A DNA stretch of 64,000 nucleotides from Raillietiella orientalis (GCA_036172245.1 JAYWIR010000011.1:496001-560000); one strand, 5' to 3'; shown: positions 11,545 through 28,121, numbered from the stretch's first letter. Made by a program: numbers and translations. Notes: generated by a model from the sequence alone, not told the origin.

Positions 11545-11740
11545 TGAGTCTTGCGGCACGGATGAAGCGAAAATCCGCAAATCTGAGGTGGCCAGCCGAA
11601 GTTAGGGAGTGGCTGGGATCCCGGTGTAGTGCGACGCAACGCGTGGCTTTTGCTTGGTCCTTGTGATTTCCTATTAGGGAAAGCCACATTTTCTCTCGCG
11701 TTGGAGTGAACGGACGTTGGCCACGAATTTCTTCCACACT
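11545..11740 (-). mobile_element. Fragment of NeSL/Utopia-like (restriction-like endonuclease clade) non-LTR retrotransposon
   Basis: KDQAKATRCVALHRDPSHSLTSAGHLRFADFRFIRAARL resembles the DQGK...SNHF...TRFADWRFIHRARL block of these elements. Confidence 0.7.
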
Positions 11741-12169
11741 GAGCTGTCTAGCACCTCTCCATGTATTCTTATCTTTGGTTCACCTTCGTCGAAAAAATCA
11801 AAGATGGTGTTCCATTCACTAAAGTTAAAGAACATTTACAGAAAAAATTGGAAGAATTTCAAAAATTCTGATCTGCAATAATAACAACGGGAAGGTCTCA
11901 CTTTCCCGAAAATGAGTATATTGTAGATATCTCTCATTATAAACCTGTTACTAGGCAAGGACTCAATATGATATCCAGAACTGGGTTTAGAACATCTTAA
12001 TAAAACATCACGCCGTGCAAGATACAGTTTTCCTGAAAAAGCTATCAAAGTAATAATTAAATTTATTTACAAAATAAATCGTTTTTTAAGGCAAAAAAAA
12101 GGAAGAGCAGGCAGAGCCAGCGAGAATAATATGGCGGATGTAACACCCACTAATTCAATTAACAAATCA

Positions 12170-13250
12170 GGGACACCACAGCCAACTGGGACGACTGGCC
12201 ATACGCGGCTCACAGAGCCTACTCTTTGTTGTTGAACAACTGATGACTACCCTATTAAGCTGAGAAGGGGGATGGATCACCATCGGCCAAACATGGAGAA
12301 GGAAGCAGACACTGGTGCAGAAGCACCAACTCAAGATCGTGCCTGGAAGCAAGAAACTCTGGGAGGAGGAATCCATCCTAGTAATCCCCTGGTTACTCCC
12401 TGTCCCTAGTGACACAAGGAACTGGATATACCAGAGGCCCAGAGTTACCTTAAGAAGAATAGAGCAGCGGAGACGCGGTGGCTACTACCACCACTCCCGC
12501 CTGCTCAGGTACATCGAGATGGCGAGGGGAAAGCTCACACACAGAACGCGCGAAGTGCGGAAAAACCACAGTAACTAGAGTGGTCCAGGATGAACAAGAA
12601 AAACATCATCTCATACGTGAAGACGATCAAGACACTGATCCCCTCCAGGAAGCTGCCAATCGCTACGGGAGCGACACCATCGACACGTTGGAGATTGGAA
12701 CGACTCTCTGAAGGAGTGACCTGCTGGACACCCAAGAGACCTCCTAATGTTCTACTACGAAGGAATCCGGAGTGGGTCCAGGATGAAATACTTCACGCGC
12801 AACCAAGCAGATGAGGATTGCAGGGCATGTGGTGACGTGGGCACGAGACTTCACGTCTCAGATGTATCAAGACTGGCAAACCCTTAAAAGGGTGATAGGG
12901 CTGCCGAACAGCACGAAGATGGAATTCGTGGCGGGGATGTTCCAGAGAAACGGAAACGCCCCCCGCTACAACCCGACGGTTAGGGCGACCGTCGCCCTGT
13001 TCATCACCGCCATCCTCGTACGATAGCGGAAGATGAGGACCGCCAGTGTAGCCTTCTTTCCCTTGGAAATCCTGAAGAAGAAGATTGCTAACCGGAACTG
13101 TGGACGAATGTAGACCTGGACGTACCGCTACATCCTGAGAAGGATTGAGGATGCTCTCCAGGCATACCCAACGCTCAGTCCCCACTAGTGCAAAACCTTA
13201 GTGTAGTGCAGTGACCCAAAGAAGTGAACATCCAACAGAGAAAACATCTA
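12170..13250 (+). mobile_element. 5'-truncated non-LTR retrotransposon, family B
   Basis: KIVPGSKKLWEEESILVIPW..WIYQRPRVTL shared with 28505-29361; knuckle CRACGDVGTRLH; C-terminal GMFQRN..PRYNP..RNCGR..WTYRYIL shared with other B copies. Confidence 0.75.
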
Positions 13251-14079
13251 GTAAATCTGTGCCCCCTGTTTGAGTGAATGCGTTTTGTAGTATGAATGGA
13301 AAAATGAATTTTCCCACCCTCGAGGTACTGGAAAAAGCGTGGTTCTTCTATTCGAATGATCTATCCCAGTAATTTTTTACCTGATCGTTCTGAAACCGTG
13401 ACGGTAGTTGTAGAAAACGAAGAGGTGGGAGATCGGGAACAATTTGTTGCTTCCGAATGTTGTTCTAGGAAACTGCATCCAACGATTTGGCTATTGTCGC
13501 GCTTAAGTTCCTTGGTTACCATGCCTTCATTATTCTACAAGCGTGTTGCATCACCTTTTTTTTTTTACAGCTTGTTAGATGGCGTGTGCCGTTCTTCAGG
13601 TAGTTTAAAAATAATGGGTTGGTACAACATGTTAACTTGCCTGCTGCTCCAGGTTGATCCAGAGACCGCATCAGGTTTCTTGGATGTGGGGGTTCTTCTA
13701 TATTCAAGCGTGCCCGGTTGCCATTTTTTGACTTGAAAGTTTTCTAGAGGACTGGAAGTGTTCGTTCTTTGCCAAGGTTCTTTGCCCTTTGAGAAAGTTC
13801 ACTGTTCTTGAGGTACTCGGATTCGTTAGTGGAATTATTCACTCGGAAACTCCTTCCTGCGTCATGCCTCACGCTTCGGTTTCTTAGTCTGGGTGCAAGG
13901 AATCTCTTGATGGTTCCATGGAAACAGGATTTTCTCTGTTGCAGAACAACTGTCTGTCTGCAGGACTTTCTCTGTCCTGGGGCAGCGGATAGAATTTGTC
14001 CTTAGATTCTTCTGGACGAGCTACTGCCAAGGATTTTCCCTTAAGAACTGGCATTCCCCACGAATGACAGGATCCGGGT

Positions 14080-15090
14080 CGGAGAAGTGGAACTGCCTGT
14101 GACTCTGCTACGACATCCTCTGCTCGCTGCAGAAAATCCTGGGGAGTCACAGTCTGAGTACTTGGGCGGAGCGTACCTTGCCGCAGCACTGCCCTCCCTA
14201 AGGGAGACTAATATCAGTATGCAGCCAGCGATGTGGGAAGTTTCCAGCGAGAGTGCAGGCAGGAAGAAGGAAACGAGTGGTTGGACCAAGGGACAGCTGA
14301 CTGACGCTGTGATTCCAAGTACCCTTCCACTCGGACTTGTGAGCTGGGGCGAGCTGATGGGTGTTTTCTGTGAAGAGCTGAAGTGGTCTCCAGTGTTCAC
14401 AGACAACAGCACTCCTCTCCTGAAGTGGCAGAGGTTGGCACTTCTGCTGCTGCACTCGGGTATTCCTTGCAGCACCCACCGACATCACTGGGCGTTGGGG
14501 AGTGCGAGCCCGGACTGTCACAGGTGAGGGAAACGGAGATCCCCCCTCCCACACCTGACTGCGGATTGTGTTGCTCTCCGGACTCCGTGGGAACGTTTGT
14601 GGACCACGTCTGGCAACCCCAGGGACGTTGTGAAATCCCTCTTCACGCGGGATGTCCTGCAGCCAGCCGCATCCTCAGCAGCTCTTTGCTGCATCCGCGG
14701 GATTGTGGCGGTCTGCAGCGGCGCTGAAGGAGGACCGAACGGAGGGTATGCCATCAAGTATGCACTTTGCTTTCTGCGGATAGCAGCAGCACGGCCCCAC
14801 CTGGGTCTATCCAGACGAACTTAGCCGGCATCCTGGAAAGGATGCAGAGGACTCCATCCAGCGGACAGTGATTCCTTCCTGGTCCTCCATAATGTTTCCA
14901 TTTATTATTATTTATTTTTTATTGCCTCCCCCCCCACCTCAACTGCCGCCGAAGTGAACCTCGTTGTTCTGCCTACCTGCAGCCCGGAAGGCGCTTTTCT
15001 GAATTGAGCATGGCAGGACTACGTGGCCTATCACAAAAGTCTCAACTTTATTGTTACTTTCAATAAACGCAGCGGCACGACTGGGTGGCA
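14080..15090 (+). mobile_element. 5'-truncated L1/Tx1-like element, family A
   Basis: LAAALPSLR, LKWSPVF..LKWQRLALLLLH, ALCCIRGIVA align to 8281-10240; terminus AATAAACGCAGCGGCACGACTGGGTG at 15062-15087. Confidence 0.85.
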
Positions 15091-16049
15091 ACCAATGGAA
15101 GAGCTGAACATACCCTCGGAGAAACCGGTTTCTGAAAAGCCTTCGCCTCTGTGACGAAGGCAAGCAAACTGCTAACTGTCTCAAAGACGACGAGGGCGCT
15201 TTCCCTGGAGGCTGAAGGGGAAAGCAGCACCCCTAGCGGCCGTGACGGTAGCGTTGACAGCTCTCGCTTCTGGCAATGCCTGGGGTGCCAACGGCAACGG
15301 CAACAGCTGTACGGAGATGATGAGAAGGAAGAACAGAAAGACTTCCCAACTACTTCCACCCACATAGGGGAGGGAGGATGCAGGAACCCAGGCGCGCGAC
15401 AACAAAAATTCTCACCAAGGTCCCTGAAGCCGGTACGTGCGCCGCCGTTGTCGCAAACTGCGACAAGACCGCTGCCGTTGGAGCAGCAGAAGCTTTGGTG
15501 GCAGCATCCACATCGGAAATCGCTGGGGAGGTCGCTGGCCCTCCGGCGATCCACGCTACAGTCCTACTACGCATTGGAGACCGACTGTCACGGTAAACAG
15601 CGCGTCACACGCTTCGCGCGGGTGACGCGGGATATGGTCCAATGAGAGGGAAATGGTCTCCTGCGTTCATGGAATTTTGGACTCAGTCATGTTTCCTTGA
15701 ATAATAGTTGAATGTGAACACCACTCACTCTTAGAGGGATGTAGAGGATCCGATCGACGCTCCAAAATCACGCACTGCAGGTCAGGGCAGATGCTGTACC
15801 TTGTTCTAGGTCAGAGGTCGAGAAGCAGAGAGTTCGGAGTTACGAGGGCTCTCTGTACGTGGTCAGAGGCTTTTCCCTAGTCCGACTTGCAACGGAGGGA
15901 ATTTCTCAATTCAGCAAGAAAACGAACGAAGGATGCTTCGTTGCCAACGCAACATTGGAAAGGTTCCACACTGTTCTTCGTACCACAGGATAGGGAGACC
16001 GCTGCTCCTGCTGGATGCGGTCTCTCTGGGAAAAGCGTCATAGGTGAAT

Positions 16050-17160
16050 GAGGTCCCTAGAAGCAACTCTTGCGGTCCACTGAATGTATCTGTACTAACG
16101 GTCTGTTAGCTTCTTGCATCTCTTGTAGGATGTAGCGGAGGGTCCAGACTGGAACTCCTCCGCACTCTCTGATCCCGATTTCGTGCTTCCAAAGGTCCAC
16201 CAGGATTTCTCCCGCATTCGCCTGTATTCCTTTCTGGGGTTTCATCCTCTCGATGAGGATGCTGCGGACAGAGGAGGCCATGATCACCCTCACCGTAAGG
16301 TTATACAGGGGGATTTTCTGGTCCCTCGAAGAGTCCCCTAAGGATCTCTTGGACAGGGCTTGGAGCCACGTTTTCTGCTTCACCCCTTCGGAATCTTGGA
16401 CGAAGGTCCGTGTCGTAGGCCACGTTGTTGTGGTCTCCGGGCGTAACACCACCAAGCGTCGTGGGTTCAAATACTAGGCAAGAATCGACGCCGAGAGATT
16501 GGGAAGGGTACGTCGTGGGTTCGAGTTCCTCCCGCAAGATGACATTGATTGACCTAAATTCATTCATATGCGGAGCATTTAGTGGTTGAAATAGGATGCC
16601 CCCGATGAGTGGCCGGGATTGGGAGTCGACCTCCAGGTCCTTCCAGGAATCAAGGAGTGAGTAGTTTCCCTCCAGTTGTGCAAAGGAGCGAAGCCCCCTT
16701 CGGAAGGGACCCTCCGTATCATACCATAAAGTAGGTGTGATTGGATTTATAGGGTGGCTCCCTCCTAGGGTACCCCCTATCTTGAAGCATTGCAGGCACT
16801 CTCGAATGGAGTGGAACAGCGTCAAAGAGCTGCGTGGGCAGCCGGGCGAACACGGTTCTTGGAGCACTTGGCGAACCAAAAAAGAGCTGAAAGGAAAGCA
16901 GCGAAGGCAGAAAAGAACCCAAAAGGATTCCCATCGTCATGCAGATGGATGCCGTCTTCGGTGTTACCGCATGCTAAGCGTAGTCCATCATCGGGGTTTT
17001 CGCGATCCCGCGTTGAAGTCCCTTGCCGCACTGAATCGCTTCGCGATCAAACACCAGGAGAGTGTCCTGGATCTCCATAGAACAGCTCGGATTTCGAGAG
17101 GCAGATCCCGATGGCTTGCAGGTCCTTGGAGGGTCGCTTGGACCTTGCCCATGTCATCTG
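16050..17160 (-). mobile_element. Degenerate non-LTR retrotransposon, family B-like
   Basis: C-terminus PLYNLTVRVIMASSVRSIL...GIRECGGVPVWTLRYILQEM is homologous to the other B copies. Confidence 0.7.
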
Positions 17161-17349
17161 TGGCTTCCTATGTAGTGGTTAGCCGCTATAGTCGTTGAAA
17201 CGACATCGTTGACTTGAAGCGGAGCACATGGGGGAGTTCGCAGTGGACTGAGGACTCGGGAGTCGACCTCAGTGCATTACGATTCCTGGCCTTTCCAGAC
17301 TTTGAGTGATTCGTGGGTCATCTACCCATTCATAAGGCGTTTGCTCTAC

Positions 17350-17350
<1 letters not shown>

Positions 17351-17382
<32 letters not shown>
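17351..17382. repeat. (CA)n microsatellite
   Basis: About 16 AC units seen directly. Confidence 0.95.
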
Positions 17383-17385
<3 letters not shown>

Positions 17386-17726
17386 CCCGAGAAATGTTCG
17401 CAGTCCGTCCGCGGTCGTGTCATGTCGTCTCTGGAGCCATTTTTCGCCGATCCATGAGACGATCGCTAAGAGCGGGATCACTACGACCAACTCTTCACTT
17501 TAGAGTTCTCGTCCCTTCGGAACGAAATCACTCCTTGCACTTTGCGCGAGGTCACGTCCACATCTGTCCTCCTCCAGTGCCCCGGTGCTCTGGACAGGGA
17601 GGATGTGGGGCCATCGCTTCCGCGGAGTTCGACCTCGAGCGGGTTCGGTGGAGCACGTGCGGCCGTTCGGCCCGTGAGTTCCCGTTTCCTGATGTGCCGC
17701 GAGTCCTGGAGCGTGGCACCGGTTGA

Positions 17727-18655
17727 CACCTGGTCACACCGGGGCGTTTATTTAAAAAATAAACATGTCTGTGGAAGGACGTTTGATCCTGCCATCCTGA
17801 ATACGAGAAGGCACCTGCCGGGATCTGGCACGCAGACCAGCGGGGCCGCCTCGGCAGCACAAGGGAAGGGGAAACAAACAAAAAGAAAAATAGAAGGAAA
17901 AATACAAAAAAAAAGTGGTGGGTTTGGGAGGGGATCACTGCGTGCTGGAGGGTGTCCTATGTATCCTAGTAAGGATGCCGGCAAGTTCCTGTTTCACTGT
18001 TCCCAGATGGGACCATCTTGACTCTATCCTCACGAATAGGACAGATCAATAGATGACGTTCCTGTCGTTCTGGCCTCCTCTGGCATTATTCTATGCATCC
18101 GCGATCCCGCGTAGGCAGAAAGTGCTGCTAGGGATGCGACCTTTCAGAGTGAAAGCGTCTCCCAGGAAGAGGCACTGATGGAAGCCGGAAACTTCCTTTG
18201 ACTGGCCGGGATTGAGAGTCAACCCTCCGGAAATCCATCGCGCATCTGCGTGGAGCTTGGCACCGGCAAATGCGATGCCTCCCACACTGGCGCCTCCCTC
18301 AGCTCGACAGCGGCAAAACAACCTCAACTGCACCTGCAGTTTCTTGGTGTTCCACACCAGACTTTCTTGAGCGTTCAGTGGACGCTTTGCCACCTTCCCC
18401 AGCATGTTGTAGAAGACCGTGCCAATTAGGGGACTTGGGTGTGAGCACCCCGTTCAAAAGGGTTGTTGGCCTTGCCCTTGAGGGGCAGATTCCCGCTACT
18501 GCACTGTTTGTTTCCGAGACAAGTCCTGTGGTGTTAGTACATCACCAATGCGGACCCTCTTCCACTGTCCTGAACCCACGAGAGCGCAGGACGGTGGAGC
18601 CGATATCCCAATGGCGACCAGCTAGGACTTGGTCGCGTTGATCTTCAATCCGAGT
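17727..18655 (-). mobile_element. Internally deleted L1/Tx1-like element, family A
   Basis: GLKINATKS RT remnant near 18655-18625, FCLRGIA near the 3' end, TGATCCC and T-rich UTR, terminus AATAAACGCCCCGGTGTGACCAGGTG at 17752-17727. Confidence 0.8.
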
Positions 18656-18699
18656 TATAGGGGACTCACCATGCTCCATCTTCTGATCTCATTCCTCCG

Positions 18700-19690
18700 C
18701 CATGACGGAGAACAGATCGTCGTCGTAAGCAAGGTGGGCCGTGGTCTCCCCATTCCAGGATGGGACCCTTGACTCCGTCTCCCTCGCCCGCGTTGGCGAT
18801 CTTGTCGCTACGGTCTCCGCTCATGGTACCAAGCATTGCGGGTTCGAACCCCTCCCTTCCCCCCTCGCGGAGGATCGAGGTCAAGCATAGGGGTGTCGTG
18901 GGTTTTCGAGTCCCTTCCCCTCCTTCGCCTCCCGGATGATGTTGGTTGGCCTGCAGGTTTCGGCTGCGGCGCAGGTGGAAACCAGATGTCCCCATCGACT
19001 GGTCAGGATGGGGGAGTTGACCCTCTAGTCTTCTTCCAGGAATCAAGGATCCGATTTTCTTGGGTTTTCTCCCTCCAGTTGTGAAAATGGAGCTGTATTT
19101 TCTCCCTCCGGGGTGGACCCTTCTTCGCGTTTCCTGAGGCTGGTTGATACCTCCCTCGGAGGGCTGCCTCTCCAGAGTGCGAGTCTCTTCGTGGAGCGAT
19201 CCTTTGAAAAATTGGGAAGCGTCCCTTAGGGGTTCTCTTCAGAGGAGGAAACAAGGAGCAGTTCCCTCGAGGGTTTCCTCTGGAGAAGAAACGAGTGCTT
19301 CCCCTCCGGGGGCTCCCTCCAGAGAGAATGAGGAAGCTAATGTCTGCCATGGAAATCATGAGAAGATTGATCCATAGGGGAATCAACATTAGGAACAGCG
19401 GACGAATCCCATTCTGGACTTATGGCTACATCTTGAGGAAGACTGAGAATACTGCCCAGGAGTCTGCAATGTCCAACATTCTTTAGTGACCGGATCCCGG
19501 AGACATAAGCTTCGGATTTGAGTAAAAAAAAGTGACAGTGCATCGAATGACAACCTGCGATTGCATAATGTGCACAGCACGACAGACACCCGTACCATGC
19601 TCGAGCGACAAAGATACCAGTTTTCCTCAGTCCGACAAGAGGTGGGGTGATTTTACTTAATCCACGTGCATACAAAAGCGATTACAAAAA
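18700..19690 (+). mobile_element. Degenerate family B non-LTR element with 3' UTR
   Basis: GINIRNSGRIPFWTYGYILRK then TAGTGACC, as at 30805; 5' boundary approximate. Confidence 0.7.
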
Positions 19691-19877
19691 CGCAATACAC
19701 CCAAAGAACATTCTAAGTGGTTTACTACTCTTTTCACTCAATTCAACGTTTTAGTTTGCAAGGGATTAAATAAAATCACCCCACCTCTTGTTGGACTGGG
19801 GAAAACTGTGGTATCTTTGTCGCTGGAGCATGGTGGGGTTGTCTGTCATGCTGTGCTCAGTATGCAATCGTAAGGTT
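19552..19877. repeat. About 120-bp inverted repeat (arms 19552-19673 and 19754-19877)
   Basis: Arms share CGATTGCATA, AGCGACAAAGATACCA and CAAGAGGTGGGGTGATTTTA in opposite orientation. Confidence 0.9.
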
Positions 19878-21060
19878 TGGGAAATGATGGGCATATGTAT
19901 ATGGAGTTTTAAATCCTGTTTATGAAGGCATACAGGAATTTTCTTCTCTACTAATAAGTTGGTTCCTGACATTTGAAATCAGTTTCAAGCTTCTCATATC
20001 TCTATGAGCCTGAATTCTTTAATATTCTCGAAGAATACTGCAGAAATGTTTTGGTTCCTAGTATCTTTCTTGCAACTTGAATATTCGTTAGTCAAGCAAA
20101 TTATATGGATAATTGATGTCGTTATATCTGACTTTTTCGAGCTTGCTGCACACCTTTTGAATAGATTCAGTAAACTAATGCTTTTGTTAAAGCAGTTGGC
20201 ATGAAACATCAAGACTATCAACGCGCATCTTGTCGCAGGATTTCGATACTTTTTGAAATAAGACCGAAGCTATATTCTTCGCTTTATCCTCTCGCGAGAT
20301 ACTTTCAGAAGATGAAACAATTTTTTTTAGCTTTTCAGTGTTTCCCTTTTTTTCAAAGAAACATTCACTCCTGAGAAATGTTTCAAAACAATTTTCAATA
20401 GAATTTTCAGTATTATTTTGAGTTATTTTGAACAATAAAATCAAAAAGAAGAATTTCTTGATTTATGATGATCTGTATTTGTTATTTTCATTTTTATTCT
20501 TCTTAAATTTGCAATGTTCCTATGTTCTCCAAACAATAGTATTCGAAAAGCAATTGAATTATTATTCTTCAGTGACTTTTACTGACGAATAAATAGATTT
20601 TCACATTCCTAGGTATATTTTAATAAATTTTGGCAAAGTGAATGGCATGCATTGCCTTCAGTGAGCGCTTGTTATTTCCTGTAGCTTTGGTTCATGCTTT
20701 GGTTCATGTTTTGAATGTTGAATGATCAATATTTAATTTGTAAATCATTCATTTGTAATCATGAAAACTTGCAATATTAACGATAGATAAGGCAGAGTTT
20801 TCTGCAGTTGTCAACAGCTTAGTGTTTAGTTTGGATAAGTTGAGGTAGATTCTTTAAAGATAGTGGATTGTTTCAGTAATTTGTTTCTTTGGTTTTAATA
20901 CTTCTGTAAACTGTACTAGTTCGTATTTTGGATTAATCTAGTGAATAATTCCATCGTTTATTTCTATATGAACGCATGTTTCACTGAAGTTTTCTGTGTT
21001 TAAGAGTAGCAGCTCCAAACAGTATTTAGTGTATTGTTCTATTCACGTGTTCAACCCAGT

Positions 21061-24988
<3,928 letters not shown>

Positions 24989-25849
24989 GTGTTTCAGTGA
25001 GCAGTAATTTAAATAAAATCGCTTACATCACAGCATGGTTGTTCATGAAAAGTCTGATAAAACATATAAGAGTCTTTTCTGACACTTGAAAAAATAAATT
25101 TGCGATAAACTTACTCGTGTTAAATTCCCACCATTTCAGATTCCATCTGCTTTATTTTATCGACCCCCCTTTAATGTTCTACAAATGTAACTCACCAGTA
25201 TGCTTTGCTGGCTGGACAGAACTATGTAATGAAACATTTAAGTATTCCTTACTTAAAACATTTTAATGGTGGGAATTGTGGATATCTACATGGAATTATG
25301 GCTAAAGGAAAAATTGAAGCGTTTGCAAGCTTATGCAATGAAATTCGAATGTGAATTGGACCTGAGCGCGGATGCTGGGGCTGCAAAACATCATTGCAAA
25401 AAGATATGACCTGTGCTCACAAATAAGTTTGTCAGGGAAGTGTCTGATGTGAAGTTGATGAAAACTTTGAAATGAAATCCAACATAGATTTGTACAGTAT
25501 GCCGATTGAGGATAACGCTGTATTGGCAGCTACCTTCAAAGTTCAAAGGAATCTCCGATATCGGTAGTAATCGCCTACGAGGTTTTTTTTTTGCTTCGAT
25601 TATCCTGCATGTCGTCGACAGAGTTGTGGACGAACGTTCAAGGGTTCGGTTTGTGGATGTAACCGCCACCAGTGATTGCGCGACTCCGGGCTTGCAGTTG
25701 CGGCGGGGGGGAGGGTGCCAAAGAAGAATGGCATAGATGCAGAACGTGAGATGGTAGGTAATGGCTGCAAGAATGTTTCCGCACGGCAGTCCTTGCCAAG
25801 TTGTCAACCACACCAGTCCTTGTGGTGTGGTTGTTTTCGTCTGCCTGTT

Positions 25850-27349
25850 TTTCGCATCTAAAGGGAATGCCCGACAACCTGCTACCAGACACTCAGAAAG
25901 GGCGCAGACGATCTGCTGCTGCTGCTCCCCGTGTTCACCCCGGCGTCTGCACTTGAGAGCTTCGAGTTTCTCATCCCCGGAACGAGCTTGAAAGTGAACA
26001 GGGAGAAGAAGTCTTCCTTGATCCCAGTTGGGGTGGCGTGGGCAGAATGACCGCACTGGATTCGCTTGGGGATCCCCACGGGCGGGTGATTGAAGTACCT
26101 TGGCGTTCCGTTGCGGGTCTTCTGCGCTGCAGAAGCCTGATCAGACTGTCTTCAGAAGGACGAGCAGGTGCTCGGTTCGTTCTAAGGAGACGGATTCCAC
26201 TTGCCGAAACGAACCGCGGTGCGGAACACTTTCGTGCCTTTTCTCCTTGGCATCCTGCTTTTTGATTGCCTTCCACCGGAGAGCATCAGAAAGCTGACGA
26301 ATGACTTCCTTAGGATCCTTCTTCAGAGCAACGGGAGGTCCTGAGTCTGCCTGAAGGATTTGTGTGCTATCGGGACAGCGGCCTCGGCCTCCTGACGCTG
26401 GAGGAAATGGAGCTTCAGCTCCAATTTCGGATCCTGCGCACCTCCTCGTCCGGCAAGCCACCATCAGCGAAGGGTTGCATCCTTTCTTACTCGTCTCCCA
26501 CTGCAAACTGCAGCTCCAGCGCGTGGCAACCTCGACAACACCTGACATTCATGGCACCTGGATCTCCTGCCGTCCTGTGAACGGTACTGTCTGGCTGCAG
26601 GAAACCATTCGCACGATTCGCAGGTGGACGAGGAACCAAGAGCGATGCCCGGAACAGGTGCAGCGATTCCTGTATGCGCCTTACAACAGCTGCTCTCTTC
26701 GGGAAATCCTTGAACATCCCGAGAAGAGCGCGTGGGCAGGTAGAACTTCCCTTGCCGCAGCGCTGCCCTCCCTGAGGGAACACATAGGCAGCAACCTTCC
26801 GGCTAGATGCAAAGCCTCCATGGAAATGTCCGACAGGAGTAGAGCACTGCGTGACTGCAAGAAGGGTCAGCTTTCATACACTGTGACCCCGAGTGCCTCA
26901 CCTCGAGGACTTCTGTGCTGGGGCAGGCTGCTGGATATTTCGCAGGAAAGTACTACAATGGTTTCTAGTACTTTTGGGCACTCACACCCTCCCTTAAAGT
27001 CGCAGGAGTCGGCGTTGATTCCCCTGAACTAGGATCCTCTTTGCAACGTCCACCGTTAGACCCGAGGGTATGTGAGTCCGAACTTTGGCAGATGTGGGCG
27101 CGTGAATCCCTCCCGCACCAACTTGTGAATTGTGTTGCCCACCAGTCCAACACTTTTCCTCGACTTTAATAAGCCTTCAATGACCTTCAAGGACGCTTTC
27201 AGACCCTCCCTCGTGCGCGACGCCCTCGGTCAGCAGCCTTGCTAGGATCTCTCTGCCGCCTACGTGGAACGAGGGCGATGCAAGAGGGGCCCGAACGACA
27301 GGTGTGCCACATCCACTTTGTCGTCCGCTTCATGAGGATGGGAACAAGA
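25850..27349 (+). mobile_element. Family A LINE, 5' part (interrupted by CRESS genome)
   Basis: ADDLLLLLP, LKVNREK, KYLGVP, RDSGLGLLTLE, LAAALPSLR, ESLPHQLVNC align to 8281-10240; frameshifted. Confidence 0.88.
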
Positions 27350-28009
27350 TTTTTGCAGGAGTGCACGTAGATTGCTCCTCTTTTTAGATATGAGTATTTC
27401 GCCACGGTTGTCTTGCCGGCGTTTCCAATGGTGTCGTAGTACGAGTATATTTGTCATTCGCTGGCAGGTTTGCGAATGACGTCAAAGAGGTCCATTGTCC
27501 ATTTGTCGAAGGTTGGCGGGTGGGTTTGAATGAGTTCTATTTCTTGATAGGCGAAAGCATTCCTTGATGAACTTGATATCGCGTGAGCAGAATTTTGCAT
27601 GGTTTTCCAAAATAAATGTTTCGTCTGCGCCTGCTTTAATGAGTTCGACTACCTAAAAAGGGATGGCGTTAGTTGAGAGAGGAGGTTAATTGGACTCACT
27701 TCCGTTCGTAATCATGCCGAATGTCCAAGCTTGTTCATCCTCCTTTGTGCAGTACCTCAAGTTGCTTTGTGCGATGCCGCGACTCTTCTCCAAGTGGCAC
27801 TTCTGGAAGGGCTTTCTGTGCAGCCCTGGCAGAGTGCGTGGCTCCTTTAACTGCCCTTGAAGAAGACGCGGAGTGCCGGTTGTTGCAGTTTATCGTCCAA
27901 AAATGCAGAACCTGCACTTGGTGCGGCACCAGCATTTGATTTTTCGAAAATCGCCTTCGGAGTAGTTGTTCAATGTGACGCACCAATTGAAGAAGAGTCC
28001 GTAAGGCAT
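27350..28009 (-). pseudogene. rep: CRESS Rep N-terminal part, copy 2 (HUH domain, intron, Walker A)
   Basis: MPYGLFFNWCVTLNNY, TGTPRLLQG, HLEKSRG, YCTKED; intron 27699-27653; YYDTIGNAGKTTVAKY (Walker A at 27426-27409); frameshifts and stops present. Confidence 0.9.
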
Positions 28010-28089
28010 CGTGGAATTCACCGATGGTATGACTGTGGATCGGTGCTGGTAGGTGGTTTATATACGCCGGAAGTGAGTAGTTTGTGGCG

Positions 28090-28121
28090 CAGCAGTCTGA
28101 TGAGTATTACCCAGATTGCTG
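28090..28121 (+). promoter_or_regulatory. CRESS origin stem-loop, copy 2
   Basis: CAGCAGTCTGA-T-GAGTATTAC-CCAGATTGCTG; nonanucleotide at 28102-28110; TATATAAA on the minus strand about 50 nt upstream of the rep ATG. Confidence 0.88.

Noticed and set aside
11060..11737. 225-aa ORF as one real protein
   Set aside because: It is a chimera of a retroelement fragment and the antisense of the capsid and intergenic region.
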